This document shows, one piece after another, positions 21,932 to 33,589 of a DNA stretch of 38,026 bases. Numbering within the stretch: the stretch's first letter is position 1; every line of letters starts with the position of its first letter. The position numbers and the translations under genes are program-made. Source of the DNA: Octopus sinensis (Eukaryota); NCBI RefSeq assembly GCF_006345805.1, contig NW_021835909.1, positions 1 through 38,026 of the forward strand. Reading direction: 5' to 3'. The notes below the pieces were generated by a model that was given only the letters and a program-made list of their open reading frames with translations, had not been told where the DNA came from and did not search any database.

Positions 21932-22664
21932 CTATATACATATGTGCAGGGACGTGGCTATATATACGCATAAATAAATGTATATGAATTTATACAGATA
22001 TTAATACGTATAAACACAGACGTATATACACATACACTCCACACACACATATGTGCCTGTGTGTGTATCTGTGGATGTCTCTTGTGTGTCTGTGTATATC
22101 TGTGTGTGCAGATGAAATTACTTGTAAGCAAAAGAAGAAGTTCATCTAATATTTGATCTATTTAATTACATTAAAAATAGTTTGAAAATATAGGTGAAGA
22201 GCTAGTGATAAACGGAGTGGAGTTAGATTTATAAATTGATAAGATATTCTCAGTCAGGAGGTAAGTTGTATCTATAGAGATAAGTAACAATGTAAAAAAC
22301 AAGCTATATAAAGAAAGAAATATATACATAAGTTAATAATTTCTTAAATTCTTAATTGGAAGTTTGCGCATCAGTATACTGCAGTTGAGGTCAATAATAC
22401 TTTTAGAGTCATTTTGAAAAAAAATTTGATGAGACAAATTCATTCTTTCGATTCCAAATATATGCTTGGTATGAGTTTCGGCTGACCAGAAGCTACATTT
22501 CTATATACTATATGATAAGGAGCTTGCCTCTCAAGCAGATAATTCCGAGTTCAGACCTGTTTTGTGATACCTGGAACAAATATTTTCTATTATAACCAAG
22601 ATACGGCCAAATCCATGTCGTGGATTTGGTAGACAGAAACTGAAAAAGTATAGACAGACATACG

Positions 22665-22730
<66 letters not shown>

Positions 22731-22731
22731 T

Positions 22732-22790
<59 letters not shown>

Positions 22791-22817
22791 TATAGACAGA
22801 CAGACAGACAGACAGAC

Positions 22818-22876
<59 letters not shown>

Positions 22877-22885
22877 CAGATAGAT
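22665..22885. repeat. (GATA)n/(GACA)n microsatellite
   Basis: Visible; preceded by a family D fragment gtggatttggtagacagaaactgaaa (~22620-22650). Confidence 0.95.
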
Positions 22886-23084
22886 ACATGCGTTCATACA
22901 CACTTATACATACATAAACACATACACGCACACACATATATACCTATATGTGCGTGTGTGACTATTGCAAACACTTATGCGTTGCAACAATAGAAAATAA
23001 AAAATTCCATGTACATAAATATGATATGCACAAATAAAACATTTTGCTTACGTTTGGCATCAGAGAGGGGTCTTCTAAACATAC

Positions 23085-23940
23085 ATCGATAGATAATACT
23101 GTGATGACATTTTCGGAGAACTGCTTATGATGTGGGTGATGTCTTCGGTGTTAACGTATCAAAGTCTGCATCGGTTGTCACAAATTACTGCTTTCTGCGC
23201 ATCTCTATCCATGTTGAGGATTCAGGTATTTGATTGGTAATTCCTGTTCCTGGATGGCAAACGCATACCCTTCTAAGTGGGAGGTAGTAATCCGGTTATT
23301 GGCCCATGATAGACTGCTTTGATGATCAATGCTACAATCACCACGGAGTTTTCTACTAATATATCTGTTTCTTTATTGCCCACAAGGGGCTAAACATAGA
23401 GGGGACAAACAAGGACAGACAAACGGATTAAGTCGATTACATCGACCCCAGTGCGTAACTGGTACTTAATTTATCGACCCCGAAAGGATGAAAGGCAAAG
23501 TCGACCTCGGCGGAATTTGAACTCAAACGCAACGACAGACGCAATACCGCTAAGCATTTCGCCCGGTGTGCTAACGTTTCTGCCAGCTCGCCGCCTGCAT
23601 AGACTTCTGCTCGTAAAAGCTCATCCTTTCATCTGATGATACGATGCAGTAGTGTCATGCGAGTTTTTTGAGCATGTATTCTAGGTTATGAGACGAGGAA
23701 GTTGCTCAAGGAGCTACCTTCCAAGTCTTATAATGTTATCAGCCTCATGTATGCAAACTTGATCAAGGAATTCATTTCGGCACTGGGTGATTAAAAGATG
23801 TTGCCGAACGGATATGATGCGACATTCAAAGGCATTTTGGACGGATGTTAAATCTGCTGCCTTTTTTGTTGTTGGTAGGCGCGGTCTTTTCTCATCAATG
23901 GATCGGACCTCATCAAGCGTCCAGTGAAGCAGCCTTAATG
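23085..23940 (-). pseudogene. R4/Dong-clade non-LTR retrotransposon fragment (post-RT region and CCHC zinc knuckle), split by a SINE
   Basis: LHWTLDEVRSID...SVQNAFECRIISVRQHLL...EADNIIRLGR, SHLEGYAFAIQEQELPIKYL and CDNRCRL*YVNTEDITHIISSSPKMSSQYYL (CRLC-x5-E-x3-H-x4-C knuckle). Confidence 0.82.
23366..23595 (-). mobile_element. SINE family A monomer inserted in the R4/Dong fragment
   Basis: Near-consensus copy; the host reading frame resumes on each side (QKSM...YISRK). Confidence 0.92.
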
Positions 23941-24773
23941 TTGGTATATATGTATGTATATATGTATTTATGTATGTACGTATGTATGTTTTTATCAATG
24001 TAGGTATGCATAGCTGTATACATGTATGTATATGTGCATATGTATCGGTAATAGGTAAGTAAATGTGTGTCTATGTATGTATGTATGTATATATGCATGT
24101 ATATGAGCATGTATGTCAGTGTGTATGTATATTATTATGAAAGTAAATATATACGCGTGTAAATACGTATGTTTGCGTATATGAATGTATTTGCTGTATG
24201 TATACACGCATGTATATTTGTATGTACACATGTATGAATATATACAGGCAAATGTGTATGCATGCATGTATGTATGTATATTTTTATATAAGTATGTTTG
24301 TAAGGATGGATAGAAGGATGGATAGTTGAATGGATGCATAGAGATATATGTCACGAGGACCATAGACACTAACAGGCGAAGTAGGGAAAGTATAATATAT
24401 GTTAATAACTATAGAGTGTAATTCGTACACATTTAAATACACGGACATATATTCCTCTCTTCCTCTCCTCCTCTCTCTCACTTTTCTCTCTTTCTCTATC
24501 TCTCTCTTAATATGTACTATATACCATACAGTATACATATTTACGTATATGCACGTACACATTCATACACATTCATATATAAATTATATATACATATATA
24601 TATATATATATATAAGTTTTTCTGCATGTGTTTGTGTAAGTTTTTGCTTCGTATGCCAATGATAATGTCAGGCATATATAATTATGGAGAAACAAATCTT
24701 TATTGGTGACAGGAGAGGAAATACTTGTGGAAATGAAAGATTTATTATACATACCATATATATATATACATAC

Positions 24774-24800
<27 letters not shown>
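23940..24800. repeat. (TATG)/(TA)n low-complexity region
   Basis: Visible. Confidence 0.85.
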
Positions 24801-24804
<4 letters not shown>

Positions 24805-25110
24805 ACGGGAAGCTTTATGAAAATAAACAAAAGACGAAGGCAGGTGGAAAACAACGAACAATTGTATTAGTATGGCGCTCAGGAAATATAATAAAACAGT
24901 CTTTAACGTTTCGAGCCTACGCTCTTCAACAGAAAGATACACAGAGAGAGAAAAACACAGAAAGAAGGAGAGAAAAAAAAATGCGTGCAGTAGCTAACGA
25001 TCACATGGCGATCTGATTTCGGCCAGAGGTCAAAGATCAAACATGAGACGCGAGAGCGAAATAAGGGGAGATAATATGGTTGATAAAAGGGTGAGGGACC
25101 AGCTAAAAGT
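24800..25110 (-). mobile_element. Short Penelope-LTR-like element with hammerhead-like motif (24900-24937)
   Basis: Minus strand UCUUU, CUGUUGA, A, GAGC/GUAG/GCUC, GAAAC, GUU, AAAGA (5-bp stem I), then CCTGAGCG; 3' end runs into (TA)n. Confidence 0.62.
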
Positions 25111-25117
25111 GCGTGGA

Positions 25118-25165
25118 GGTCTGGATGTGTGTATGTATAGGGTTGGTGTATGTATTAGTATGTAT

Positions 25166-25208
<43 letters not shown>

Positions 25209-25445
25209 GAGAGAGTAGTGCGTAGGATTGGTCTGGACGTGCGTATGTATGGGTTTGGTGTATGTATTAGTCTGATTAGTATGTATTAGTACGTATTGGT
25301 ATGTATAGGTGTGTGTGTGTGTGAGAGAGTATAAGTGCGTATGCGGGGTCTGGACGTGTGTATGTATAGGGTTGGTGTAGTATAGTATGTACTAGTATGT
25401 ATTAGTACGTATTAGTATGTATTAGTTGGTGTGTGTATTAGTATG
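25118..25445. repeat. Three ~110-118-bp tandem units starting ggtctggaYgtg
   Basis: Units start ~25119, ~25230 and ~25347. Confidence 0.85.
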
Positions 25446-25464
25446 GCATATATATATATATATT

Positions 25465-25523
<59 letters not shown>

Positions 25524-25551
25524 GTTATGTATATTTAGGTATATATATACT

Positions 25552-25600
<49 letters not shown>

Positions 25601-26218
25601 TATATATATGTATATATATGTGTGTATGTATATATATAAAGCAAATACATATTTATACAGAGCAAAATGTAGAAGGAATTAAGTGATATAAGCCAATGGC
25701 ACGTTTCCTGGATTACGATAAGGAGTGCCGTCAAATTGTCGACGTACCTAATGGTGTACAACAAAACATTGATATTAAAGTAAAATTTGTCTTTTATATT
25801 GATAATAAAATCAAACACCTAGCGGCAAATATTTAGGTTTGAAAATCAAAATGAAACAAGGGACAGCGAATATAATTTCAAAAAATCTAGATTATATTCT
25901 CTTCCTTAAGAGAGAGTTGTATTTGTTGCTTACAAAGCTGAGTGTAAGCGCCATGTTCCTGTATTATGTAGCCTTTTTAAAAAATATGTTAATTACTGTT
26001 GAGACTGGGGAGAGTCATTTTCTTTTTGTGCCTTTTTGTCCCAGACACAACAAAATATGCTTCAACACACGAACTCACATACGGAATCTAGCAAACTAAA
26101 TCCAAAAGCGAAATATCAATTAATATAATAGAATATAGTCCCATATGTGAAAAATAAGGTTTTAAAAACTATCTCCCTTGATATTTGTTATTCATGTATA
26201 TCCTTTTTGACTATTATT

Positions 26219-26632
26219 TACTCTTTACTCTTTTACTCTTTTGCTTGTTTCAGTCATTTGACTGCGGCCATGCTGGAGCACCGCCCTTAATCGAACATCT
26301 CGACCCAGGACTTATTCTTTTGTAAGCCCAGTACTTATTCTATCGGTCTCTTTTGCCGAACCGCTAAGTAACGGGGACATAAACACACCAGCATCGGTTA
26401 TCAAGCAATGCTAGGGGGGCAAACACAGACACACGAACACACACATATATATACATATATATACATATATACGACGGGATTCTTTCAGTTTCCGTCTACC
26501 AAATCCACTCACAAGGCTTTGGTCGGCCCGAGACTATAGTAGAAGACACTTGCCCAAGGTGCCACGCAGTGGGACTAAACCCGGTCCCCGTGTGGTTGGT
26601 AAACAAGCTACTTACCACACAGCCACTCCTGC
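26219..26632 (-). mobile_element. SINE family D, near full length (tRNA head, CORE/V-like gcaccttgggcaagtgtc, internal CA/TA run, 3' tail)
   Basis: Minus strand gcaggagtggctgtgtggtaag...gtttagtcccact...ccttgggcaagtgtcttctac...ccagcatggccgcagtcaaatgactgaaacaagc. Confidence 0.85.
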
Positions 26633-26726
26633 TGTGAATTTTGGGGACAAAAAAATTATGAGATACGTTGTGATGTTTATAAATATGGAAATGGCGATGA
26701 TGTTGATGAGGAAAATGATGCTGATA

Positions 26727-27107
26727 ATATTGGCATAAGGGCAGCAGTTTGGGGTAGAGAGTAGATCGATTACATCGATTCGAATGATCAACTGGTTTTT
26801 GTTACATCGACCCTAAAAGGCTATAAGGCAAAGCCGAACATGGCGGAATTTGAAACCTGAACGTAGAACCGGAACCGGACATAATGCTGCTCAGAATTTT
26901 GGGATTAGAGCAACAATTTGGTATAATTCGGGGAGAAGGTAGGTCGATTACCTCAACCCCAGTACACAACTGGTATTCATTCCATCGTATCCGAAAGGTT
27001 GATATGCTAAGTCAACCTCGGCGGAATTTGAATTTGAACTCAGAACGTCAAACCGGACGAAATAACAGTAAGCATTTTATCCGGCGTACTAATGATTCTG
27101 CCAGGTC
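26727..27107 (-). mobile_element. Two degenerate SINE family A copies
   Basis: tcgattacatcg...ggcggaatttgaa (~26727-26875) and gtcgattacctcaacccc...ggcggaatttgaatttgaactcagaacg (~26900-27107). Confidence 0.75.
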
Positions 27108-27274
27108 CCAGATCACAATATTGATGCTGGTTGGTTGTTAGGGTGATGCGGTTGTAGGGGAAACTTAGTGTCATGTTTAATCTAGGTTATTGTCCTTTCA
27201 TCTTAATGATAATAATAATAATGAGGAGGAGAGGAAGATGTGGTAGAAGAACATGAGAACGATATTCGTCATGA

Positions 27275-28150
27275 CAATGGTGGTGGTGGTGGTGGTGGTG
27301 GTGGTGGTGGTGTTGGTGGTGGTTTTGGTGCTGGTGGTGCTGGTGGTGCTGGTGCTGGTGCTGGTGGTGCTGGTGACGGTGGCGGTGGTGCTGGTGCTGG
27401 TGCTGTTGGTGGTGGTGGTAGTGGTAGTGGTGGTGGTGGTGGTGGAGTTAGTGGTGGAGGTGCTGGTGCTGGCGCTAGTGGTGGTGGTGGTGATGGTGGT
27501 GATGGTGCTGGTCGTGGTGATGGTGGTAGTGAAGGTAACGGTAGTGTAGATGATATATGTATTCTGGTCGTGATCCTGAAAATCGAAATAGGAACTCACA
27601 ATAATGGCTAAAACCGTGGCAATGATAATCATGATCTTAATCACGGCCATGGTTCTATTCAAGACGACGACGACGATGATGATTATGATGATGATGATGA
27701 TGATGACGATGATGATAACGATGATGATGATAGCAATGGTAATGATGGTGATAATAGAGATAACGAAGACGATAATACTGACATTGTGTGCTCCTGGTTT
27801 ATGGTGCCAGCTATATCCTATTCATTTATCTTTACCATTATTGTTCTTTGTATTATTATCATCATTATTATTGTTATTATTACTATTATTATCAATATTA
27901 TTATTATCATTATTATTGTTGTTGTTGTTGGTGTTGTTGTTGTTGTTAATATTTTTATTATTATTATTATTATTATTATTTTATTTTTTTATTTATTTTA
28001 TCTAGTTTCAGCTCACGAGCTGTAGCCATGCTGGGGCACCGCCATTTGCTGGGGCACCGCCATTTATTGTTATTGTTATTACTATTATTATTATTATTAT
28101 CATCATTATTATTATTGTTGTTATTATTGTTCTTCTTCTTCTTCTTCTTC

Positions 28151-28192
<42 letters not shown>

Positions 28193-28310
28193 TATTATTA
28201 TATTATTATTATTATTATTATTGTGCTAGTGTGATAGAGGTTATTGTAGTATATTAGTCATATTTACATTTGTGCATGTCTGTTTTTACGTCCATTTTTA
28301 ATTTTATTAC

Positions 28311-28373
<63 letters not shown>

Positions 28374-28656
28374 TATTATTATTATTATTATTATAATTAT
28401 TATTATTATTATCATCATCATTATTATCAACTATTACAGTAATGCTTGCTATTAGTATCATTACTGTCATTATCATTTGTAGAATCATCATCATCATTAT
28501 TAATGCGATTATTATTATTATTATTATTATTAATTTTACTATTACTATTATCATCAGAGCTATTAAAATCATCATAATTATTACTTATTATCATTATTAA
28601 TATATTTACTAAAACTATCATTATTATCATCATCATCATCATTATCGTCCTCATAA

Positions 28657-28750
<94 letters not shown>

Positions 28751-28990
28751 CATTCTTATTAATATTATTATTATTATTATTAATATTATTACTATTATTA
28801 TTATTATTATTATCATCATCATCATCATTATCATTATTATTATTACTATTATCATTATTATTATCATTATTATTATTATTATTATTATTATCATTATTAA
28901 CATCATCATTATCATTAATACTACTACTACTACTACAATGACTAGCAGTAATGGTATTATATCATTATCATTATTCTTACTATTATTACG
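27275..28990. repeat. Compound triplet arrays: (GGT/GCT)n 27275-27545, (GAT)n 27660-27780, (TTA/TCA)n 27830-28990
   Basis: Visible; includes a family D fragment with an exact 18-bp tandem duplication gctggggcaccgccattt (28030-28047, 28048-28065). Confidence 0.93.
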
Positions 28991-29099
28991 TTTGTTTTTG
29001 TTACTTTTATATTAATCATATTTTCTGTTTTCCATGAGTATTTTTTTTTATCTTGGTTTCTTTGTTTTTATTTTTATTTTCCTGAATGTAGAATAAATA

Positions 29100-29225
29100 T
29101 GAATGGCAGATAATCTTAGAGATATTTCCACATGAGTTCCTTGAAAGAGAAGAATGAAGAGAGATTTTGGCAATATTCCGTATTGTGATAACGACACTAT
29201 CTTTCCATGTTGCTGGAAGTTTATA
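29100..29225 (-). pseudogene. Small LINE reverse-transcriptase N-terminal fragment
   Basis: LPATWKDSVVITIRN...NSCGNISKII resembles the P.EW..S.IVPI.K.KG....C.NYR.I motif. Confidence 0.4.
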
Positions 29226-29334
29226 TTTTATTATTTTTATTTTTGTGTGTTATAGCGCTTTCATTTGATGTGCATGCGTCTATATACGTGTGTGACATGA
29301 CGAGGTGCTAGGTGTGTATGAGTTTGTAACTGGG

Positions 29335-29352
29335 GTATATATACATACATAT

Positions 29353-29450
<98 letters not shown>

Positions 29451-29643
29451 ATATTATATACATATATATATTATATGTATATATATAGATATAAATATAT
29501 ATATATGTATTTATTTATTTATATATATATAAATATATACATGTATATATATACACATATATATATGTGTATATATATATGTATGTATATATATATAAAA
29601 TATATATATGTATATATATATATACATGTATATATATATACAC

Positions 29644-29675
<32 letters not shown>

Positions 29676-29700
29676 GCATGCATATATATATGCGTCAGTT
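29335..29700. repeat. (TA)n-rich microsatellite
   Basis: Visible. Confidence 0.95.
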
Positions 29701-30389
29701 TTGGTATGTGTGTGAGAGTATATATATATGTAGGTTTGTGTGTATGTGTGTGTTTGTGAGTGAAAGTATGAGTCTGTGTGTCTGTGTTTGTGAGTATGAT
29801 GTATAGTATACGTTGTCTATCAGAGACTAAAATCTTCATGTGGCATTGTGTGTGTAGGGGGAAGTACGGTGCGTGGGTGTTTGGGTATGCTGCTGTGTTC
29901 GGGTATGTATGCGTGCATGTGTATGTGTGTACGAGCGTGTGTGTAAGTTATAGCTATGTATGTTAGTGAGTGTGTGCATGGAGAGGGAGTGGGTGGTGGT
30001 TGAAGGGGGAGAGAGGAAGACAGAGTGGTTGCGTCTGTATTAGTGTATATTGAGTGAGAATCAGAATATGTGAATGAATGTGTGTGCAGCGAGAGAATGA
30101 GACAGACAGACAGAGATTAGGACAGACTGTTTCTGTATATGGAGAGAGTAATAGTGAGAGAGAAAGCGTGTGTGTGTGACTGTGTGTAAAGGGAGATAGA
30201 GAGTGTGTATGTGTGGAGAGAGAGCCGGAGCACTGTGCATGAGTGGAGATACGGAGAAAGTATAGATGTATCTAGAGAGTGAAAGAGATAGGGTGAGAAA
30301 GATATAGATAAAGACGGAGAGAGAGAGTGGGTGTCACCGTGTATGTGGTGAGAGAGGCAGAACAGCGTGTATGTGTGTGTGGTGTGTGT

Positions 30390-31070
30390 GGAGAGAGAGA
30401 GAGAAACAGACAGAGACAGAGAAGGGTGATTTTTCATGGGTGACTTTGTGATGAGAGAGGCATACAATGCGTATGTATTTGTGTTTGTGGAGAGAGAGAG
30501 AGACATAAAGAGAGAGAGAGAGAGACATAAAGAGAGAGAGAAAGATAAAGAGAGAGAAAGGTATAAGGAGAGAGAGAGATAACGAGAGAGAGAGAGGTTG
30601 TGCGGGTGTATGTGGGGGTGTGGGGGTATATGGATAGTGAAAGACAGGGTGAAATAGACAGGGAGAGAGTGTGCACGGGTGTGTTTGTTTATGCTTGTTT
30701 CTGTGTGTGTGTGTGGTGTGTGTGTGTGTTGTGTGTGTGTGTGTGTGTGTGTGTGCGTGGAGAGAGAGAGAGAAAGAGAAACAGACAGAGACAGAGAAGG
30801 GTGATTTTTCATGGGTGACTTTGTGATGAGAGAGGCATACAATGCGTATGTATTTGTGTTTGTGGAGAGAGAGAGAGACATAAAGAGAGAGAGAGAGACA
30901 TAAAGAGAGAGAGAAAGATAAAGAGAGAGAAAGGTATAAGGAGAGAGAGAGATAACGAGAGAGAGAGAGGTTGTGCGGGTGTATGTGGGGGTGTGGGGGT
31001 ATATGGATAGTGAAAGACAAGGTGAAATAGACAGGGAGAGAGTGTGCACGGGTGTGTTTGTTTATGCTTG

Positions 31071-31085
<15 letters not shown>
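30390..31085. repeat. Near-identical tandem duplication, period ~375 bp, within a G/A/T-skewed low-complexity tract (29700-31620)
   Basis: acagacagagacagagaagggtgatttttcatgggtg... starts at 30406 and again at 30781. Confidence 0.92.
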
Positions 31086-31143
<58 letters not shown>

Positions 31144-31224
31144 TGTATGTGCGGGTATGTATTGGTATGTGAAGAGAAAAAGTAGTGAAAGAAAAAGAGA
31201 CAAAGAAAATGCGTGTGAGCGAGA

Positions 31225-31362
31225 AAGTGTGTGTGTATGCACCCCCGTGTGTATGCATATGCGCAGAACCGGGTGTGTGTGTATGTGCACACCCGTGGGT
31301 GTGTGTATATGCACACCCGCGTGTGTGTGTATGTGCACACCTGTGTGTGTGTGTGTGTGTGT
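31225..31362. repeat. ~24-bp minisatellite gtgtgtgtatRtgcacacccg (4-5 units)
   Basis: Visible. Confidence 0.85.
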
Positions 31363-31873
31363 GTCTGCGTAAGGGTACCTTTGCGTGTAGAAAGAGAGAA
31401 AGACAGAGTGAAACAAAGAGGACAAGTGAGTGCGCAAGTATGCGTGAGTTTCTGAGGTGGGGGCGGGAATGTGTGATATGTGAACGTTTGGGTTTGGCAT
31501 AGCTTTTGTGTGCTCGGGTGTATGTATACCTATGTGTTGGGTTGTCATTGTGATAGAGTTTGGATGTGCGTGAGAATGATCACGTGACAGAAAGAATACT
31601 TGCTTTTATGAGTGAGTGTATATATGGATGATAATATACATCCGTGCACGTTTACGCATTTGTTAAAGAATATCTCTCGACATATGTATTCAGGAACGTA
31701 CATGCAAGCTTATAGATATAGATATAGATATATAGGTAGATAGATTTAGGTATACATATATACGTGTATATATGTACATATACATGTATACATATGTATA
31801 TATATGTACATATATATTTATATATAGACAGATAGAGAGATAGATAGATGTGTGCGTTGTGTGTGTATACGTA

Positions 31874-31908
<35 letters not shown>

Positions 31909-32030
31909 GACTGTGTATGCATTTGCCTGTGCATGTGTATATGTGTGACAAGCTGCGGTTATCTGTAAACTACGAGTTTTTTCTATGCTGTGTGTTCATC
32001 TATGCATATGTATGTGTGTGTATGCATGTG

Positions 32031-32063
<33 letters not shown>

Positions 32064-32671
32064 TCTGTGCGTGTGTGTAGTTGTGAGCATGTCACCAAAT
32101 TCTATTTTCAAAATCGTAAGTGAGCGCCCTGAACCTATAATCACATTCTTATTTTATCTGATCCTTCCTATCATTTATCGTTACACACCTACAAGGATGA
32201 CATTGAAAAAAAATATATATATATATTTATATATATATATGTATGTATAGGTATGTATGTATATAGATACACATATTTGTAAGTATATACATGTGTGCAT
32301 ATATCTGTTTCTCTGTGTGTGTACGCATGCATACATATTATGCTATACAAGTATAACCCTATATAAATATATACGAAGAGAAATACGAGCTAAAACATAC
32401 GGCACAGCACATAAAAGGGTCAGTACAGAAGTGATATCCTGAAGATGTGGCTGAGATAATTTGGGAATTGATAAGAGATTCCGCAAGTTTATCGTGCCAA
32501 ATGAACTATGACGATCTGATGCGCAGATTCGAATCAAATAATAAATAGGAAATACAAAAGAAGATAAACCGAACCAGTTCCATATCTATGTGTTCGCTAT
32601 CTGCGTATCTATGTATATCTCTCTCTGTATCCCTCCGCGTATATGCACACAAACACACACGCGCGCGCGCG

Positions 32672-32711
<40 letters not shown>

Positions 32712-32822
32712 ATATATATATATATATATACATATGTAGGTCCCGGGTTGATTCGGGGTTAACCACAGTAAATAAGGTACTCAATACATAGTAGAGTAAA
32801 ATTAATTTATTATATAGAAGGA

Positions 32823-32871
32823 GCTTCTACAGGACTAGAACTGTTTCATTCAAGAGAAATCTTCAGGAAGC
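32823..32871 (-). ncRNA. Mirror hammerhead on the minus strand
   Basis: Same fold via the palindrome, with 5-bp stem I GCUUC/GAAGC and cleavage after 32828. Confidence 0.6.
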
Positions 32872-32872
32872 A

Positions 32873-32925
32873 GAGCTTCCTGAAGATTTCTCTTGAATGA
32901 AACAGTTCTAGTCCTGTAGAAGCTC
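32873..32925 (+). ncRNA. Type I hammerhead ribozyme (near-canonical)
   Basis: Stem I GAGCUUC/GAAGCUC (7 bp), core CUGAAGA 32880-32886, stem II UUC/GAA with UCUU loop and U-U closure, GAAA 32899-32902, stem III ACAG/CUGU, cleavage triplet GUA (after 32918). Confidence 0.7.
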
Positions 32926-33244
32926 CTTCTATATAATAAATATATATATATACATATATATGTATATGTGTGTGTGTATATATATATATATATGCATGTA
33001 TATATATGCATATATATATAAGAATGTATGTACATATATGCATATATACATGTATGTATATATATATATATATTACCTTCATATATACACACATATATAT
33101 ATGTATATATATATATACACGCACACATATATATATTGTTTGTGTATGTGCGTATGTGTATATGTATATGTGTATATACATATATATTTATATACAAATA
33201 TATAGATATATGCATGTGTTTGTGTGTACGTGTCAGTGTGTATA

Positions 33245-33310
33245 GTTAGATAGGTAAATTGATCAATGTAGATATATAGATAGATTGATAGATAGATAGG
33301 TAGGTAGGTC

Positions 33311-33373
<63 letters not shown>

Positions 33374-33374
33374 C

Positions 33375-33446
<72 letters not shown>

Positions 33447-33447
33447 C
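33245..33447. repeat. (GATA)n microsatellite
   Basis: Visible. Confidence 0.95.
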
Positions 33448-33589
33448 CGGTTTGATAAGTGCCAAAGTATGAAACTCTCGGGCCTTGAGTGACACAATTA
33501 TTTCTACTCAATATTAATTAAAATATGCATAGACTAATTTGTTGAGTTAGGTATATTCCTCATTGCATCAACATACTTATATGCATTCT

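Larger units (their letters stand above)
32805..32941. repeat. Perfect palindrome, 67-bp arms with 3-nt spacer (AGA)
   Basis: 32805-32871 is the exact reverse complement of 32875-32941, checked base by base. Confidence 0.98.

Noticed and set aside
27240-27611. 123-aa Gly/Ala-rich ORF resembling a structural protein
   Set aside because: It derives from a (GGT/GCT)n microsatellite; overlapping frames on both strands are also open, and there is no signal peptide or splice context.
30117-31548. 310-aa and 404-aa minus-strand ORFs
   Set aside because: The minus strand is G-poor CA/CT low-complexity sequence, so stops are rare. The translation is HT/SL dipeptide noise plus the 375-bp duplication.
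32360-32560. Further hammerhead-like strings (gaagag...gctaaaac; ctgatgcgcagattcgaa)
   Set aside because: Core and stem pairing are too incomplete to support.
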